The notes beneath the pieces were generated by a model that worked only from the letters and a program-made list of their open reading frames with translations, searched no databases and had not been told where the DNA came from. A DNA stretch of 64,000 nt from contig NC_091985.1 of assembly GCF_044704955.1 (NCBI RefSeq), positions 202,368,001 to 202,432,000 of the forward strand, in the 5' to 3' direction. Source of the stretch: Pristiophorus japonicus (lineage: Eukaryota). Each line of letters opens with the position of its first letter. Position 1 is the stretch's first letter. This document shows, piece after piece, positions 26,027 through 39,871 of the stretch. The position numbers were made by a program, and so were the translations under genes.

Positions 26027-27671
26027 TTTATTCAGAGGCAGTCCCTCGGAATCGAAGAAGACTTGCTTCCACTCTAAAAATGTGTCCTTAGGTGACTGAA
26101 CAATACAATACGAGAACCACAGTCCCTGTCACAGGTGGGACAGATAGTCATTGTGGGAAAGGATGGATGGGACTGGTTTGCCGCACGCTCTTTCCGCTGC
26201 CTGCGCTTGATTTCTGCATGCTCTCGGCGATGAGACTCGAGGTGCTCCACTTAGGGCCATCTTTGGCCAGGGACTCCCAGGTGTCAGTGGGGATGTTGCA
26301 CTTTATCAGGGAGGCTTTGAGGGTGTCCTTGTAACGTTCCCTTTGCCCGCCTTTGGCTCGTTTGCCATGAAGACGTTCTGAGTAGAGCGCTTGCTTTGGG
26401 AATCTTGTGTCTGGCATGCGAACAATGTGGCCTGCCCAGCGGAGCTGATAAAGTGTGGTCAGTGCTTCAATGCTGGGGATATTGGCCCGGTCAAGGACAT
26501 TAACGTTGGTGAGTCTGTCCTCCCGGGGACCTGCAGGATCTTGTGGCGACATAGTTGGTGATATTTCTCCAGCGACTTGAGGTGTCTACTGTACATGGTC
26601 CATGTCTCTGAGCCATACAGGAGGGCGGGTATTACTACAGCCCTGTAGACCATGAGCTTTGTGGCAGATTTGAGGGCCTGGTCTTTGAACACTCTTCTTC
26701 AGACGGCCGAAGGCTGCACGGGTGCACTGGAGGCGGTGTTGAATCTCATCGTCAATGTCTGCTCTTGTTGATATGAGGCTTCCGAGGTATGGGAAATGGT
26801 CCATGTTGTCCAGGGTCGTGCCGTGGATCTTGATGACTGAGGGGCAGTGCTGTACGGTGGGGACAGGTTGGTGGACCTTTGTCTTACGGATGTTTAGTGT
26901 AAGGCCCATGCTTTCGTACTCCTCAGTGAATACGTCGACTATGTCCTGGAGTTCAGCCTCTGTATGTATGCAGATGCAGGCGTTGTCTGCGTACTGTAGC
27001 TTGATGACAGAGGTTGGGGTGATCTTAGATTCGCATGCCAGACACAGAATTCCACAGATTCACAACCCTCTGGGAGAAGGAATTTCTTCTCCCAGAGGGT
27101 TGTGAATCTGTGGAATTCTCTGCCCAAGGAAGCAGTTGAGGCTGGCTCATTGAATGTATTCAAATCACAGATCGATACATTTTTAAACAATAAGGGAATT
27201 AAGGGTTACGGGGAGCGGACGGGTAAGTGGAGCTGAGTCCACGGCCAGATCAGCCATGATCTTGTTGAATGGCGGAGCAGGCTCGAGGGGCTAGATGGCC
27301 TACTCCTGTTCCTAATTCTTATGTTCTTATGTTGGACCTGGCCTGGAGTCGACGAAGGTTGAACAGGTTCCCACTGGTTCTGTAGTTTAGTTCCACTCTA
27401 GTGGTAAGCTTATTGACTGTGAGGTGGAGCATGGCAGCGAGAAAGATTGAGAAGAGGGTTGGGCTGAAGTCGCAGCCCTGTTTGACCCCAGTTTGGACAT
27501 GGATTGGCTCTGTAATGGATCCGTTGCTAAGGATCACGGCCTGCATCTCGTCGTGGGGCAGACGGAGGATGGTGACTAACTTTTGGGGGCATCCGAAACA
27601 AAGGAGGACGCTCCATAGACGCTCGTGGTTGATAGTGTCAAAGGCTTTTGTAAGGTCGAAGAAGGCCATGT
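26027..27671 (-). mobile_element. RTE-clade LINE, 5'-truncated, inserted in the satellite
   Basis: MAFFDLTKAFD, TGVKQGC, FPYLGS, LLYGSETW, LRWAGHIVRM motifs; homologous to 47562-48985; AGGTACAGAATA on both flanks. Confidence 0.9.
27027..27331 (+). mobile_element. CR1 family B 3' fragment with inverted 5' segment, nested in RTE
   Basis: TTCTTATG tail; 34-bp perfect inverted repeat at 27046-27119; RTE resumes at TTGGACCTGG. Confidence 0.88.
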
Positions 27672-27875
27672 ACAAGGTACAGAATAAACACCACACTCAC
27701 ATACTAGAGAGTGACAGGTACCGATTAAAACTCACAATCACATAACCGAAACTGAGAGGTACAGAATAACCCCCACAATCATATACCAGTAACTGACGGG
27801 TACAGATTAAACGCCACACTCATATACCAGAGATCGACAGGTACAGAATAAAATACACACTCACATACTAGAATC
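27672..27875. repeat. Continuation of the 40-41 bp satellite
   Basis: About five further units of the same consensus. Confidence 0.9.
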
Positions 27876-27879
27876 GAAC

Positions 27880-27996
27880 ACCATCAGTTCCCGGGAGATC
27901 CAGACCGCCGTGCGCCTGCTGCTGCCCGGGGAGCTGGCCAAGCACACCGTGTCGGAAGGGACAAAGGTGGTGACCAAGTACGCCAGCTCCAAGTAA
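27880..27996 (+). pseudogene. H2B: Histone H2B 3' fragment
   Basis: [38 protein letters not shown]; damaged stem-loop GGCTCTTTTAATAGCC (28037-28052) and AAAGAGCTG downstream element. Confidence 0.92.
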
Positions 27997-28917
27997 AACT
28001 CCACGCTGTCCTGACAGAACAAACCCCAAACATATCGGCTCTTTTAATAGCCACCCTCAACCTCTCTGAAAGAGCTGCACAAGCGCATCACCCTTTAGAC
28101 TCAATTTACTGTAATTATTTCCTGAACATGTGTGTTTAAGAACCTTTGCAGTTCCAGCTGTGGATTTAGTCTTGATTTCTCATAAGCAGCTTCACTGTCC
28201 GGTTCGACGTTCGGCTGCTGTTGATATTCAAGCTACAAACACGGTTCCTTGTCGCTCGTTCCCATTTACAGCGCCTGTCGAGGAATTAGGAGCTTGTTTA
28301 GGGGATGAGACTCACATTTCAGTCACCTCATTCTCTCGCAAGCCCTTTTCGAGTTTATTTTTCAATTCCTGTTGCGGGTCAATCCGTTTATTAACCCGGG
28401 ACTCCCCGCAGTGTAAAAACCGAGAATGGGAGTTCGTACAGAGACCAGAACGGGAGCAGTGTGAACACTGTCCCTCTTCCCTTTTCACAGAAGGACTTCC
28501 AGTTCTGGTCTCACTTTCCCCTGTGCGGAGGATCGATCCATGATCTGTGATTCCCAACTTTTACACAGTTTGAGCTGGAATGTGTCCCGTTACAGAGTCA
28601 GTGGGGATTGATTGCCGTCCGTTACAGACAGATTGACAGTGAATGCGAATTTAATCCTGATTGGAACGGCTTGGAATTTGTAAGGGAAATATGGAATAAA
28701 ATAAAAGGAAGTAAAACCTGTTTGTAAACTTTTGGCTAATGGTGAATTTATTAACATAATCCGCACTTTAAAAAATTATTGGCGGTGCTTTTGAAATTAA
28801 AAATCGTTCGAGGTCTGACTTGACAGGAATTTCCGCCCTCGTTTCATTGGTGGTCTCAACAGACAATGGGTAAGGCGAGAGATTAACATTCAGCGGCGAT
28901 TTGAGTAAAGAATCACC

Positions 28918-29139
28918 ATGACTGGATGAGGAGGCAAAGGACTGGGTAAAGGCAGAGTCAAGCGAATCTCGGGCCTGATCTACGAGAAGACCTGCGGGAT
29001 ACTGAAGGTTTTCCTGGAGAATGTGATCTGGGATGCGGTCACCTACACTGAGCACGCCAAGCACAAGACGGTCACTGCCATGGATGTGGTCTACGCTCTG
29101 AAACAGCAGGGCCGCACTCTCTATGGGTTCGGCGGCTGA
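28918..29139 (+). pseudogene. H4: Histone H4 pseudogene (early stop and internal deletion)
   Basis: [22 protein letters not shown]...YGFGG*; about 28 codons missing; stem-loop GGCTCTTCTCAGAGCC at 29173-29188. Confidence 0.92.
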
Positions 29140-29411
29140 ACAACGCGACCTTTCCCCCAAGCACAACACAAAGGCTCTTCTCAGAGCCACCCACCGCCTC
29201 ACAGAGAGAGCAGTGGCCCGGGGAACGGGGGCGAGATAGTTGATTTACATTTTGTTCTGCATAGATATGTTTTTTGCCAAGATCTATATTGTGGTGTTAG
29301 GTGTTTTAAATCAGCATCTACCGATGGACAGAACGTCCTTTTAGTTTTCGAATCATAGACATTTACGGGGCATTGCAGATGAAGGTAATACTGAAACAAC
29401 TAATGTCGTTA

Positions 29412-30714
29412 GAACATAAGAACATAAAAACATAAGAAATAGGAGCAGGTGTAGGCCATACGGCTCCTCGAGCCTGCTCCGCCATTTAATACGATCATGG
29501 ACTCAGGTCTACTTCCCTGCCCCATAAACCCTTATTCCCTTATCGTTTAAGAAACTGTCTGTTTCTGTCTTAAGTTTATTCAATGTTCCACCTTCCACAG
29601 CTCTCTGAGGCAGCGAATTCCACAGATTCACAACCCTCAGAGAAGAAATTTCTCCTCATCTTAGTTTTAAATGGGCGGCCTCTTATTCTAAGATTAAGCC
29701 CTCTAGTTCTAGTCTCCCCCAGCAGTGGGAACATCCTCTCTGCGTTCACCTTGTCAAGCCCCCTCATAATCTTATATGTTTCGATAAGATCACCTCTCAA
29801 TCTTCTGAATTCCAATGAGTCGAGGCCCAACCTACTCAACCTTTCCTCATAAGTCAACTCCCTCATTCTGGAATCAACCTTGTGAACCTTCTCTGAACTG
29901 CCTCCAAAGCAAGTATATCCTTTTGTAAATATGGAAACCAAAACTGCACTCAGTATTCCAGGTGTAGCCTCACCAATACCCTGTACAACTGTAGCAAGAC
30001 TTCCCTGCTTTTATACTCCATCCCATTTGCAATAAAAGCCAAGATTCCATTGGCCTTCCTGATCACTTGCTGTAGCTGCACACTGACCTTTTGTGTTTCA
30101 TGCACAAGTACCCCCAGGTCCCGCTGCACTGCAGCACTTTGCAATCTTTCGCCATTGAAATAATAACTTGCTCTTGGATTTTTTTCTGCCAAAGTGCATG
30201 ACCTCACACTTTCCAATATTATACTCCATCTGCCAAATTCTTGCTCACTCACTTCGCCTGTCTATGTCCTTTTGCAGAATGTTTGTGTCCTCACACATTG
30301 CTTTTCCTCCCATCTATGTATCGTCAGCAAACTTGGCAATGTTACACTCGGTCCCTTCTTCCAAGTCATTAATATAGATCATAAATAGTTGGGGTCCCAG
30401 CACTGATCCCCCTGTGGCATCCCATTGGGTACTGATTGCCAACGTGAGAATGAACCATTTATCCCGACTCTCTGGTTTCTGGTTCGTTAGCCAATCCTCT
30501 ATCCATGCTAATATATTACCCCCAACCCCATGAACTTTTATCTTGTGCAGTAAGTAACCTTTTATGTGGCACCTTGTCAAATGCCTTCTGGAAGTCCAAA
30601 TACACCACATCCACTGCTTCCCGTTTATCCACACAGTTCGTTACATCCTCAAAGAATTCCAGCAAATTTGTCAAACATGACTTCCCCTTCATAAATTCGT
30701 GCTGTTACATCCAT
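29412..30714 (-). mobile_element. CR1 family B RT/3' portion inserted into histone spacer
   Basis: RT motifs; AGAACATAAG tail; GTTA on both flanks; the empty site is visible in the paralogous spacer near 34110. Confidence 0.92.
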
Positions 30715-31277
30715 GTTACAGCAGTGACAGATAAGAAAGGTGTTGAATTAAACGATGGGAGGAAGGCAGCATCAGGGCGGAAAGACAGTGAGGGCCCCTT
30801 GCCCTCATAGAAGGACGCCCAAGTCCTAATCAGAAGTGACCCTCAGGCAATCTCGGTTACAAACCGGTCAATGTCTCGAACATGTAAAAATCTAGATCGA
30901 CAAACACAGCAACGAGTTTGCTGTTCAGATATATATATAGGAAAAAACGTGAAGCTCATAAGTCCGGCCGTCATTAACCATTTTTACCTGAGAGCAGAAT
31001 AGAAACATAAAGAACAGAGTACAAATCGGGAGGGGATGCAATTGATGACCTCATTCAAGAATTTGAGATTGTGGCGAGCAATAAATCTGATTGGATGTTT
31101 AAAGAGACCAATCAGAGAGATACAGAACAATGGAAATTGACAATGCAGCCAATGAACCAATCACAGTCATTGCCTTCACCAATCCGTCATTAGCATAGGG
31201 CTGTGGGCGGAGTGTGGGGCTGCCTATATAATGCTAGCCTGGAGAAGAATTTGCTTCATATCTGTGCCTGACTGAAC

Positions 31278-31636
31278 AATCGGTCCGAGGAAAAGAAACC
31301 AGCTTCGAAAAAGGGTGCCAAGAAAGTTAGCAAGAAAACACCACCGAAGGCCGGCAAGAAGCGCCGAAAGTCGAGGAAGGAGAGTTACTCTATCTACATC
31401 TACAAAGTGATGAAGCAGGTTCACCCCGACACCGGGATCTCCTCCAAGGCCATGGGCATCATGAACTCGTTTGTAAACGATATTTTCGAGCGCATCGCGG
31501 GTGAGGCTTCCCGCCTGGCCCATTACAACAAGCGCCGCACCAGCAGCTCCCGGGAGATCCAGACCGCCGTGCGCCTGCTGCTGCCCGGGGAGCTGGCCAA
31601 GCACGCCGTGTCGGAAGGGACAAAGGCTCCAAGTAA
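31278..31636 (+). pseudogene. H2B: Histone H2B pseudogene (start codon lost, 19-bp frameshifting deletion near 3' end)
   Basis: H2B frame [14 protein letters not shown]...HAVSEGTKA without initiator ATG; [12 protein letters not shown] tail collapsed; intact stem-loop at 31675-31690; TATA and CCAAT boxes upstream. Confidence 0.88.
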
Positions 31637-32576
31637 AACTACACGCTATCCTAACAACAAACCCCAAACACAATGGCTCTTTTAAGAGCCACCCACAACA
31701 TCATTGAAAGAGCTGCACAAACACATCTCCCTTTAGACTGAATTTACTGTAATTATTTCCCGAACAAGTGTGTGTGAGAACCTTTGCAGTTCCAGCTGTA
31801 GATTTAGTTTTGAATTCTCATAAGCAGCTTCACTGACGGGTTCGACCTTTGCATTGCTGGAATTTCCTGCAGAGTCAACTACAAACACGGTCCCTGGTCG
31901 CTTTCCCTTTGCTCTCAAACCCATTCATTCACAGCGCCTGCCGACGAATTTATTTTGGGGGGCGGGGAAACTCCGATTTCAGTCACATTCTCACTCAAGC
32001 CCTTTTCACGTTTTGTTTTATTCCGTTGCGGCTCAGTCCGTTTATTAACCCGAGACTCCCCGCAGTGTAACAACCCAGAATGGGAGTTCTTAGAGACTAG
32101 AACAGGAGCAGTTTGAACACTCTGTCCCTCTTCTCTTTTCACAGAAGGACTCTCCGTTCTGGTCTCACTCCCACAGCAGCTCCTGTGAAAACAAGTTCAC
32201 TTTTACAAAGCTGGAGCTGGAATGTGTCCCGTTACAGAATCAGTGGGAACTGAGTCCCGCCCGTTGCAGACAGTTTGAAGCTGAAGCCAAATTTAATCCT
32301 GATTGTAACAGGCTGGAATTTGCAAGGGGAACATGGAATAAGACAAAAAGAAACAAAAAGTGTTTTGAAGTATTTGGCTAATGGTGATGTTACTAACATA
32401 ATCCGCAATTTTAACAATTATTGGCGGGATTTTTGAATTTTAAAAATCGTTAGGTTCTGGCTATTGGGAACCAGTAATTTCCGCCCTCCTTTCATTGGTG
32501 GACTAGACAGACTGTGAAATCCACGACAGAGTGACCAATCACAAGTTCGCTCCCTGCATCCCTCCAGAAGGTATAA

Positions 32577-33020
<444 letters not shown>

Positions 33021-33050
33021 AGCGGATAAGATTTAAACTAATAACCCAAA

Positions 33051-33066
33051 GGCTCTTTTCAGAGCC
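33051..33066 (+). promoter_or_regulatory. Histone 3' stem-loop (SLBP site)
   Basis: GGCTCTTTTCAGAGCC followed by a purine-rich downstream element. Confidence 0.93.
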
Positions 33067-33456
33067 ACTCACAGTATCTGTGAAAGGCTGCTTACTGTAT
33101 TAATGGAGACCTTGTGTTCAGGTACCAATAAATTGGTCTATTTCAGACCTGTATGCGGGAGTTTTCAGTTCCTGGTATCTGCATTATGGTTTTCTGCTCA
33201 CACAAACTGTTCTAGTTAGCAACTAATAATTAAACTACAGTTGTCAGAGACTCAAAAATTGTATAAATACCGCAACCAGTTCCCTAAATATTATTTAATC
33301 TATCAATGAAAGCTGTATGAAGAAAGTCGGCGGTTATTAAAAGGGCTTAGTTTAATTCTGGTCTGGTTTGAGAGTTTGAATGCTGGTTCTGTTCCCGGGA
33401 TCTCCGGTCGTTCCGGGCTGTGTATTTCTCTCCTAAGCCGGTCAGTTTAGGCCGAC

Positions 33457-33590
33457 ACTGAGCAGCCAAGTGCAAGACAGTCACTGTCATGGATGTGCTG
33501 TACACTCTGAAACGGCAGGGCCGCACTTTCTATGGATTCAACGCGACCCTCTCCCCCAAGCACAAAGCAAAGGCTCGTCTAAGTGCCACC
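33457..33590 (+). pseudogene. H4: Histone H4 3' fragment
   Basis: Degenerate [24 protein letters not shown]; decayed stem-loop GGCTCGTCTAAGTGCC (33572-33587). Confidence 0.85.
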
Positions 33591-33759
33591 CACCGCCTCA
33601 CGGGGGGAGGGAAGGGGAGGGGATGCAGGGAGGAAGATATAGTTGATTAACATTTTGTTCGGTATAGATATATATTTTTCGCCAAGGCCTATATGTTTTA
33701 AATCAGCATATGCACGATGGACGGAATATCCTTTTAGTTTCAGAATTATAGACATTTAT

Positions 33760-34050
33760 CATAGAAGCTTACAACACGGAATGATGCCACTTCGGCCCAT
33801 CGTGCCCGTGCTGGCCAACAAAAGGCTATCCAGCCGAATCCCACTTTCCAGCTCTAGGTCTGTAACCCTGCAGGTTACGGCACTTCAAGTGCACGTCCAA
33901 GTAGTTTTAAATGTGGTGAGGGTTTCTGCCTCTACCTCCCTTTCAGGCAGTGAGTTTCAGACCGCAGCCATCCTCTGCGTGAAGATATTTCCCCTCTAAA
34001 TCCTCTACCAATTACTTTAAATTTCTGCCTCCTTTGCTAAAGGAAATGGG
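33760..34050 (-). mobile_element. CR1-type 3' fragment (family C-like) in histone spacer
   Basis: Reverse complement resembles 18000-18206; absent from the paralogous spacer near 29360. Confidence 0.7.
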
Positions 34051-34561
34051 CCCTTTACGGCACAGAAGGTACGGTATATTCCAGGTGAAGGTAACACTGA
34101 AACAACTAATGTAGTTATAGCAGTGACAGATAAGAAAGGTGCTGAATTAAACGGTGGGAGGAAGGCAGCATCAGGGCGGAAGGATAGTGAGGGCCTTTTG
34201 CCCTCATAGAAGGACTCCCAAGTCCTGACCAGAAGTGACCCTCAGGCAATCTCGGTTACAAACCGGTCAATGTCTGTCGAACATGCAGACATCTAGATCG
34301 ATAAAGAACAGAATATGGCTCGGGAGGGGATGTAACTGATGACATAATTCAATAATTTGAGATTGTGGCGAGCAGTAAATCTGATTGGATATTGAAAGAG
34401 ACCAATCAGAGAAATTGACAACGCAGCGAGTGAACCAATCACAATCGTTGCCTTCACCCATCCCTCATTAGCACAGGGCTGTGGGCGGAGTGTGGGGCTG
34501 CCTATATAATGCGAGCTCCGAGCTAAGTTTACGTCAGGTCTTGGTCGGATTGAACAAGACG

Positions 34562-34939
34562 ATGCCTGAAGAGAAGAAATCAGTTACTGCCAAGAAAGGC
34601 GCCAAGAAAGTGATCAAGAAAACACCACCGAAGAGCGGTAAGAAGCGCAGGAAGTCGAGGAAGGAGAGTTACTCCATCTACATCTACAAAGTGATGAAGC
34701 AGGTTCACCCCGACACCGGCATCTCCTCCAAGGCCATGGGCATCATGAACTCTTTTGTGAACGATATTTTTGAGCGCATCGCGAGTGAGGCTTCCCGCCT
34801 GGCCCATTACAACAAGCGATCCACCATTAGCTCCCGGGAGATCCAGACCGCCGTGCGCCTGCTGCTTCCCGGGGAGCTGGCCAAGCACGCCGTGTCGGAA
34901 GGGACAAAGGCGGTGACCAAGTACACCAGTTCCAAGTAA
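34562..34939 (+). CDS. H2B: Histone H2B, replication-dependent (125 aa)
   Basis: [12 protein letters not shown]...[26 protein letters not shown]...KYTSSK; TATATAA at 34503; CCAAT boxes; stem-loop. Confidence 0.95.
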   Translation: MPEEKKSVTAKKGAKKVIKKTPPKSGKKRRKSRKESYSIYIYKVMKQVHPDTGISSKAMGIMNSFVNDIFERIASEASRLAHYNKRSTISSREIQTAVRLLLPGELAKHAVSEGTKAVTKYTSSK

Positions 34940-34979
34940 AACTCCACGCTGTCCTGACAGAACAAACCAGAAACAAAAC

Positions 34980-34995
34980 GGCTCTTTTAAGAGCC
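34980..34995 (+). promoter_or_regulatory. Histone 3' stem-loop
   Basis: GGCTCTTTTAAGAGCC-ACCCA, then AAAGAGCTG (U7-binding HDE) at about 35012. Confidence 0.95.
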
Positions 34996-35867
34996 ACCCA
35001 CAACGTCTCTGAAAGAGCTGCACAAACACATCACCCTTTAAACTCAATTTACTGTAGTTATTTCCTGAGCAAGTGTTTGACAACATTTAGATTTGAATTC
35101 TCAGATAAGCGGTTTTACTGTCCGGTTCAACCTTAGCTTCTCTGATGAATTTCCCTCCCAGTAAACTGCACACACTGTCCCTGGCCGCCTGCCAATGAAT
35201 TATGATCTTGTTTTAGGAGGTGAGTCACCTCATTCTCTCTCAAGACCTTTACAATATAAAAAAAATTCTAGTTCGGGTCAACCCGCTTATTAATCCGAGA
35301 TTCCGAGTGCAACAGCCCAGACTGGGAGTTCTTACAGAGACCAGAACAGGGAGTTTGAACCCTGTGTCCCTCTTCTCTTTTCACAGAAGAACTCCCAGTT
35401 CTGGTCTCACTCCCGCCTGTGCGGAGGATCGATCCATGATCTGTGATTACCAAATTGTACAAAGATTGAGCTGGAATGTGTCCCGTTACAGAACGTATGA
35501 AACTGAACCCGAATTTAAACCTGATTGTAACATCCTGGAATTTGGAAGGTAATATGGAATACGGCAAAAGGAAATAAAAAGTGTTTGGAAATCTTTGGCT
35601 AATGGTGAATTTATTAACATAATCCGCATTGTAAAAATTATTGGCGGGGTTTTTGAAATTGAAGATTCGTTGGAAGTCGAACAGTAATTTTCGCCCTCTT
35701 TGCATTGGCGGGCGAAACAGACGGTGATTGGTCAGCGGAAAAGACCAATGAAATCCACCGCAGAGCGACCAATCACAAGTTCGCTCCCTGCATCCCTCCA
35801 GAAGCTATAAGAAGGGCAGATGTGGGAGGAGTTTCTCATTCTTTGTCTGAACTTGTCGATCGTGGAA

Positions 35868-36254
35868 ATGTCTGGAAGAGGAAAAACCGGCGGTAAAGCT
35901 CGCGCCAAGGCCAAGTCTCGTTCCCCCCGGGCCGGACTGCAGTTCCCTGTGGGCCGTGTTCACAGGCTCCTGCGAAAGGGGAACTACGCTCAGCGTGTGG
36001 GTGTCGGAGTCCCGGTCTACATGGCTGCTGTGCTCGAGTATCTGACCGCTGAAATCCTGGAGCTGGCCGGCAACGCGGCCCGCGACAACAAGAAGACCCG
36101 CATCATCCCTAGACACCTGCAGCTGGCCATCCGCAACGACGAGGAACTCAACAAGCTGCTGGGAAAGGTGACCATCGCTCAGGGTGGGGTGCTGCCGAAT
36201 ATCCATGCTGTGCTGCTGCCAAAGAAAACCACCACTTCGTCCAAGAACAAGTAA
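35868..36254 (+). CDS. H2A: Histone H2A second copy, open but with S19P, A45V, A47V, Q112H (possibly decaying)
   Basis: Full 128-aa frame; stem-loop carries a mismatch (GGCTCTTTTCAGATCC, 36283-36298). Confidence 0.78.
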   Translation: MSGRGKTGGKARAKAKSRSPRAGLQFPVGRVHRLLRKGNYAQRVGVGVPVYMAAVLEYLTAEILELAGNAARDNKKTRIIPRHLQLAIRNDEELNKLLGKVTIAQGGVLPNIHAVLLPKKTTTSSKNK

Positions 36255-36390
36255 AGCGGACAAGATTTAATCTAAACCCAAAGGCTCTTTTCAGATCCAC
36301 CCACAGTATCTGTGAAAGGGCTGCTTACTGTTTTAATGGAGTCAGAGCCCTTTAATTCATGTACCGATAGATTGGCCTGTTTTAGACCTG

Positions 36391-36660
36391 GAAACATAGA
36401 AAATACGTGCAGGAGTAGGCCATTCGGCCCTTCGAGCCTGCACCACCATTCGATAAGATCATGGCTGATTATTCCCTCAGTAGCCCTTTCCTGCTTTCTC
36501 TCCATATCCCTTTAGCCATAAGGGCCACATCTAACTCCTCTTGAATATATCTAACGAACTGGCATCAACAACTCTCTGCGGTAGGGAATTCCACAGGTTA
36601 ACAACTCTTGAGTGAATAAGTTTCTCCTCATCTCAGTCCTAAATGGCTTACCCCTTATCC
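36391..36660 (-). mobile_element. CR1 family A 3' fragment in H2A downstream spacer
   Basis: GAAACATAGAAA tail; the empty site is visible at about 33150 (CAGACCTG|TATGCGGG). Confidence 0.9.
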
Positions 36661-37306
36661 GTACGCGGGCGTTTTCAGTTCCCGGTCTCTGCATTACGGT
36701 TCTCTGCTCACACATACACTCTTCCCGTTAACAGCGAATAATTGAACTACAGTTTTCACTCAACAATTGTATAAATACTGCCACCGGTTCTTTAAATATT
36801 CTTTAATCTGTCTGAAAACGAGAGTCGGCAATGATGAATTAATGTAGTAATAAAAGGGCCTAGTTTAATTCTGGTCTGGTTTGAGAGTTTGAATGCTGGT
36901 ATTGTTTTCGGGAGCTCTGGCCATACCTGGGCTCTGTGTTTCTCTGCTAAGCCGGTCAGTTTAGACCGCACTGGAGCAGCGAGCGAGGTACACATGGGCA
37001 GGACCCAGGTCCATTGCAGTGCTTCCCAGATCTACCTGCCCCCATTCTCCGGCAACACCGAATGGGGAAATCTGTGCTCTGCCCCGGGGAACTCGAGGTC
37101 AGAGCGACGCAAAGTCGATGTCAGTTTCTGAAAATATTAAAGGGTTCATTAGTTAATCGTCAATAATGCCCATGTGAACCGAGCTGGTATATGAACACAT
37201 GATCAGTAATCAGTCCCACACCCACTGCCCGTCCCTACAGTGGGTTAATGAACAACACGAAGCTCTGGTTACAGGAGATCGCAACTCTTTCCTTTGCTGA
37301 TTTGGT

Positions 37307-37322
37307 GGCTCTGAAAAGAGCC
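37307..37322 (-). promoter_or_regulatory. Histone 3' stem-loop of H3
   Basis: GGCTCTTTTCAGAGCC on minus strand, then AAAGAGTTG HDE. Confidence 0.95.
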
Positions 37323-37367
37323 GTTGTTGCACTTGGTGCTGAAGCTTCGAGGCGAAGCAGGGGAAAT

Positions 37368-37988
<621 letters not shown>

Positions 37989-38494
37989 TCAATTTCAAAA
38001 AGCCCGCCAATTTCAGAATAAATAAAATCTAATTTCCCGCCAGCAATTTAAGAATCCCGCTCTTTATAACGGCGATTGTGCCCCATTATAAGTAACCAAT
38101 CCCATTCTGTCACATTCCGGTTTGAATTCTGTCCCATTCCCTGATCCGTCTGTACCGGGCGTGAATAAATCCCGGTCACTGCTTCCTGTAAACATAAAGA
38201 TCCCGCCAGTGCCATCCCATTTAACCGATTCTCACACAGAAACCTCACATGACAGGAATTATCTGTGAGGGGAGACTGTAATGTGTAAACGGGACTGTGT
38301 AACCTGCCCAGTAATTGTGACTGTCAGCCGGAGTTTCTGATCTCTCATATTTACAATAGTTGTAAAATATTTAATAATTCCCATATTCCTAGAGACTACA
38401 CTCCAAAAGTACTTAATTGGTCTTGTTCATTGGATGTGGTCCTTGCGGCTGGGGTCGGGGAGTGTGGAGGGGGCGTGGGGGGAGGTGCTGGGGT

Positions 38495-38630
38495 GGGTGA
38501 TCAGCTGTGATCCTGTTGAATGGCGGTGCAGGCTCGAAGGGCCGAATGGCCTACTCCTGCACCTATTTTCTATGTCTTGAGGCGTTCGGAGGTCGTGAAA
38601 GGCGCTATATAAATCCAAACCTTTCTTTTC
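38495..38630 (+). mobile_element. CR1 3' tail plus a probable L2/SINE-type 3' stub
   Basis: GGCTCGAAGGGCCGAATGGCCTACTCCTGCACCTATTTTCTATG then AAGGCGCTATATAAATCCAA. Confidence 0.7.
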
Positions 38631-38716
38631 ATTAATTAAACAGCCGAAACCATTTCCCAACCAAACTGTCCGCGCTCCGATCCCATGGTCGCTGCTCTCT
38701 CTGTGAACCGGTGGGT

Positions 38717-38732
38717 GGCTCTTAGAAGAGCC
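38717..38732 (-). promoter_or_regulatory. Histone 3' stem-loop of H4
   Basis: GGCTCTTCTAAGAGCC-ACCCA on minus strand, AGAGAGCAG downstream. Confidence 0.93.
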
Positions 38733-38767
38733 TTTGTGTTGTGTTTGGGTAAAAAGGGTCGAGTTAT

Positions 38768-39091
<324 letters not shown>

Positions 39092-39820
39092 TCACTTAAA
39101 CTGCCGCTGAATGAGAAGTGAACTGCTGCCGGCTCCTTTTTATAGAGCCGGAGCCGACCTGACTGAGAAAGCGCAGAGTGAGAGAGGCGGGAAGGGGAGG
39201 AGACAAGATTGACAGACAGAGCAGAGAGCGGCCTCTGATCTTCCAGCTTCGCCTCCAGCTTTCTGCAGCCGCTAATTTCAAACCGTTTTCCGACAATAGA
39301 ACCGAAACAGACTCGGAATTTATATTCAAAGCTTCCAGGAACCTGAAGCTTTTAAATAAGGTCCCGTTACAATTAACAATCGCGAATATTCCCGCCTATA
39401 TACAGCCCCTTCCCTGTCAATCTCAGACCTTGTTCCATCTCCCCACACTTCCTCTCACAGACGGGTTCAGCATTTTACAAACACCTTATTCCAGTTGATT
39501 TGGAGAATGTGGTGTTTGGGGTTTGAGTTGTGAGGCGGGGTATCTCCGCCAGTATCACCGTCTCACAGGCTCTCCCCCTGAATCTGTGAAATGACAATGA
39601 CCAGGAACTGAGACTGGAGTTACAGTGAGGCCCGGGCCGGACGTCCCATTCTCTTGTGTGTTTTATTGCAGACACTGGGGGAGGGGTGAGTGCAGCCAAT
39701 GTCAGCGAGTCACCAGGGATCCTGGCTTCATGTTCAGTGATTTCTGTCTGCAATCTGAGCCCAGCCCCGAGACAGGGATCATTTGATTCGGGGATCAACT
39801 CTTTTCTGAGAGGCGTGGGT

Positions 39821-39836
39821 GGCTCTGAGAAGAGCC
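39821..39836 (-). promoter_or_regulatory. Histone 3' stem-loop of H1
   Basis: GGCTCTTCTCAGAGCC-ACCCA on minus strand, AAAAGAGTTG HDE. Confidence 0.93.
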
Positions 39837-39871
39837 TTTGGGTTCAGATGTTTACAAGTTGCACTTTTTAT

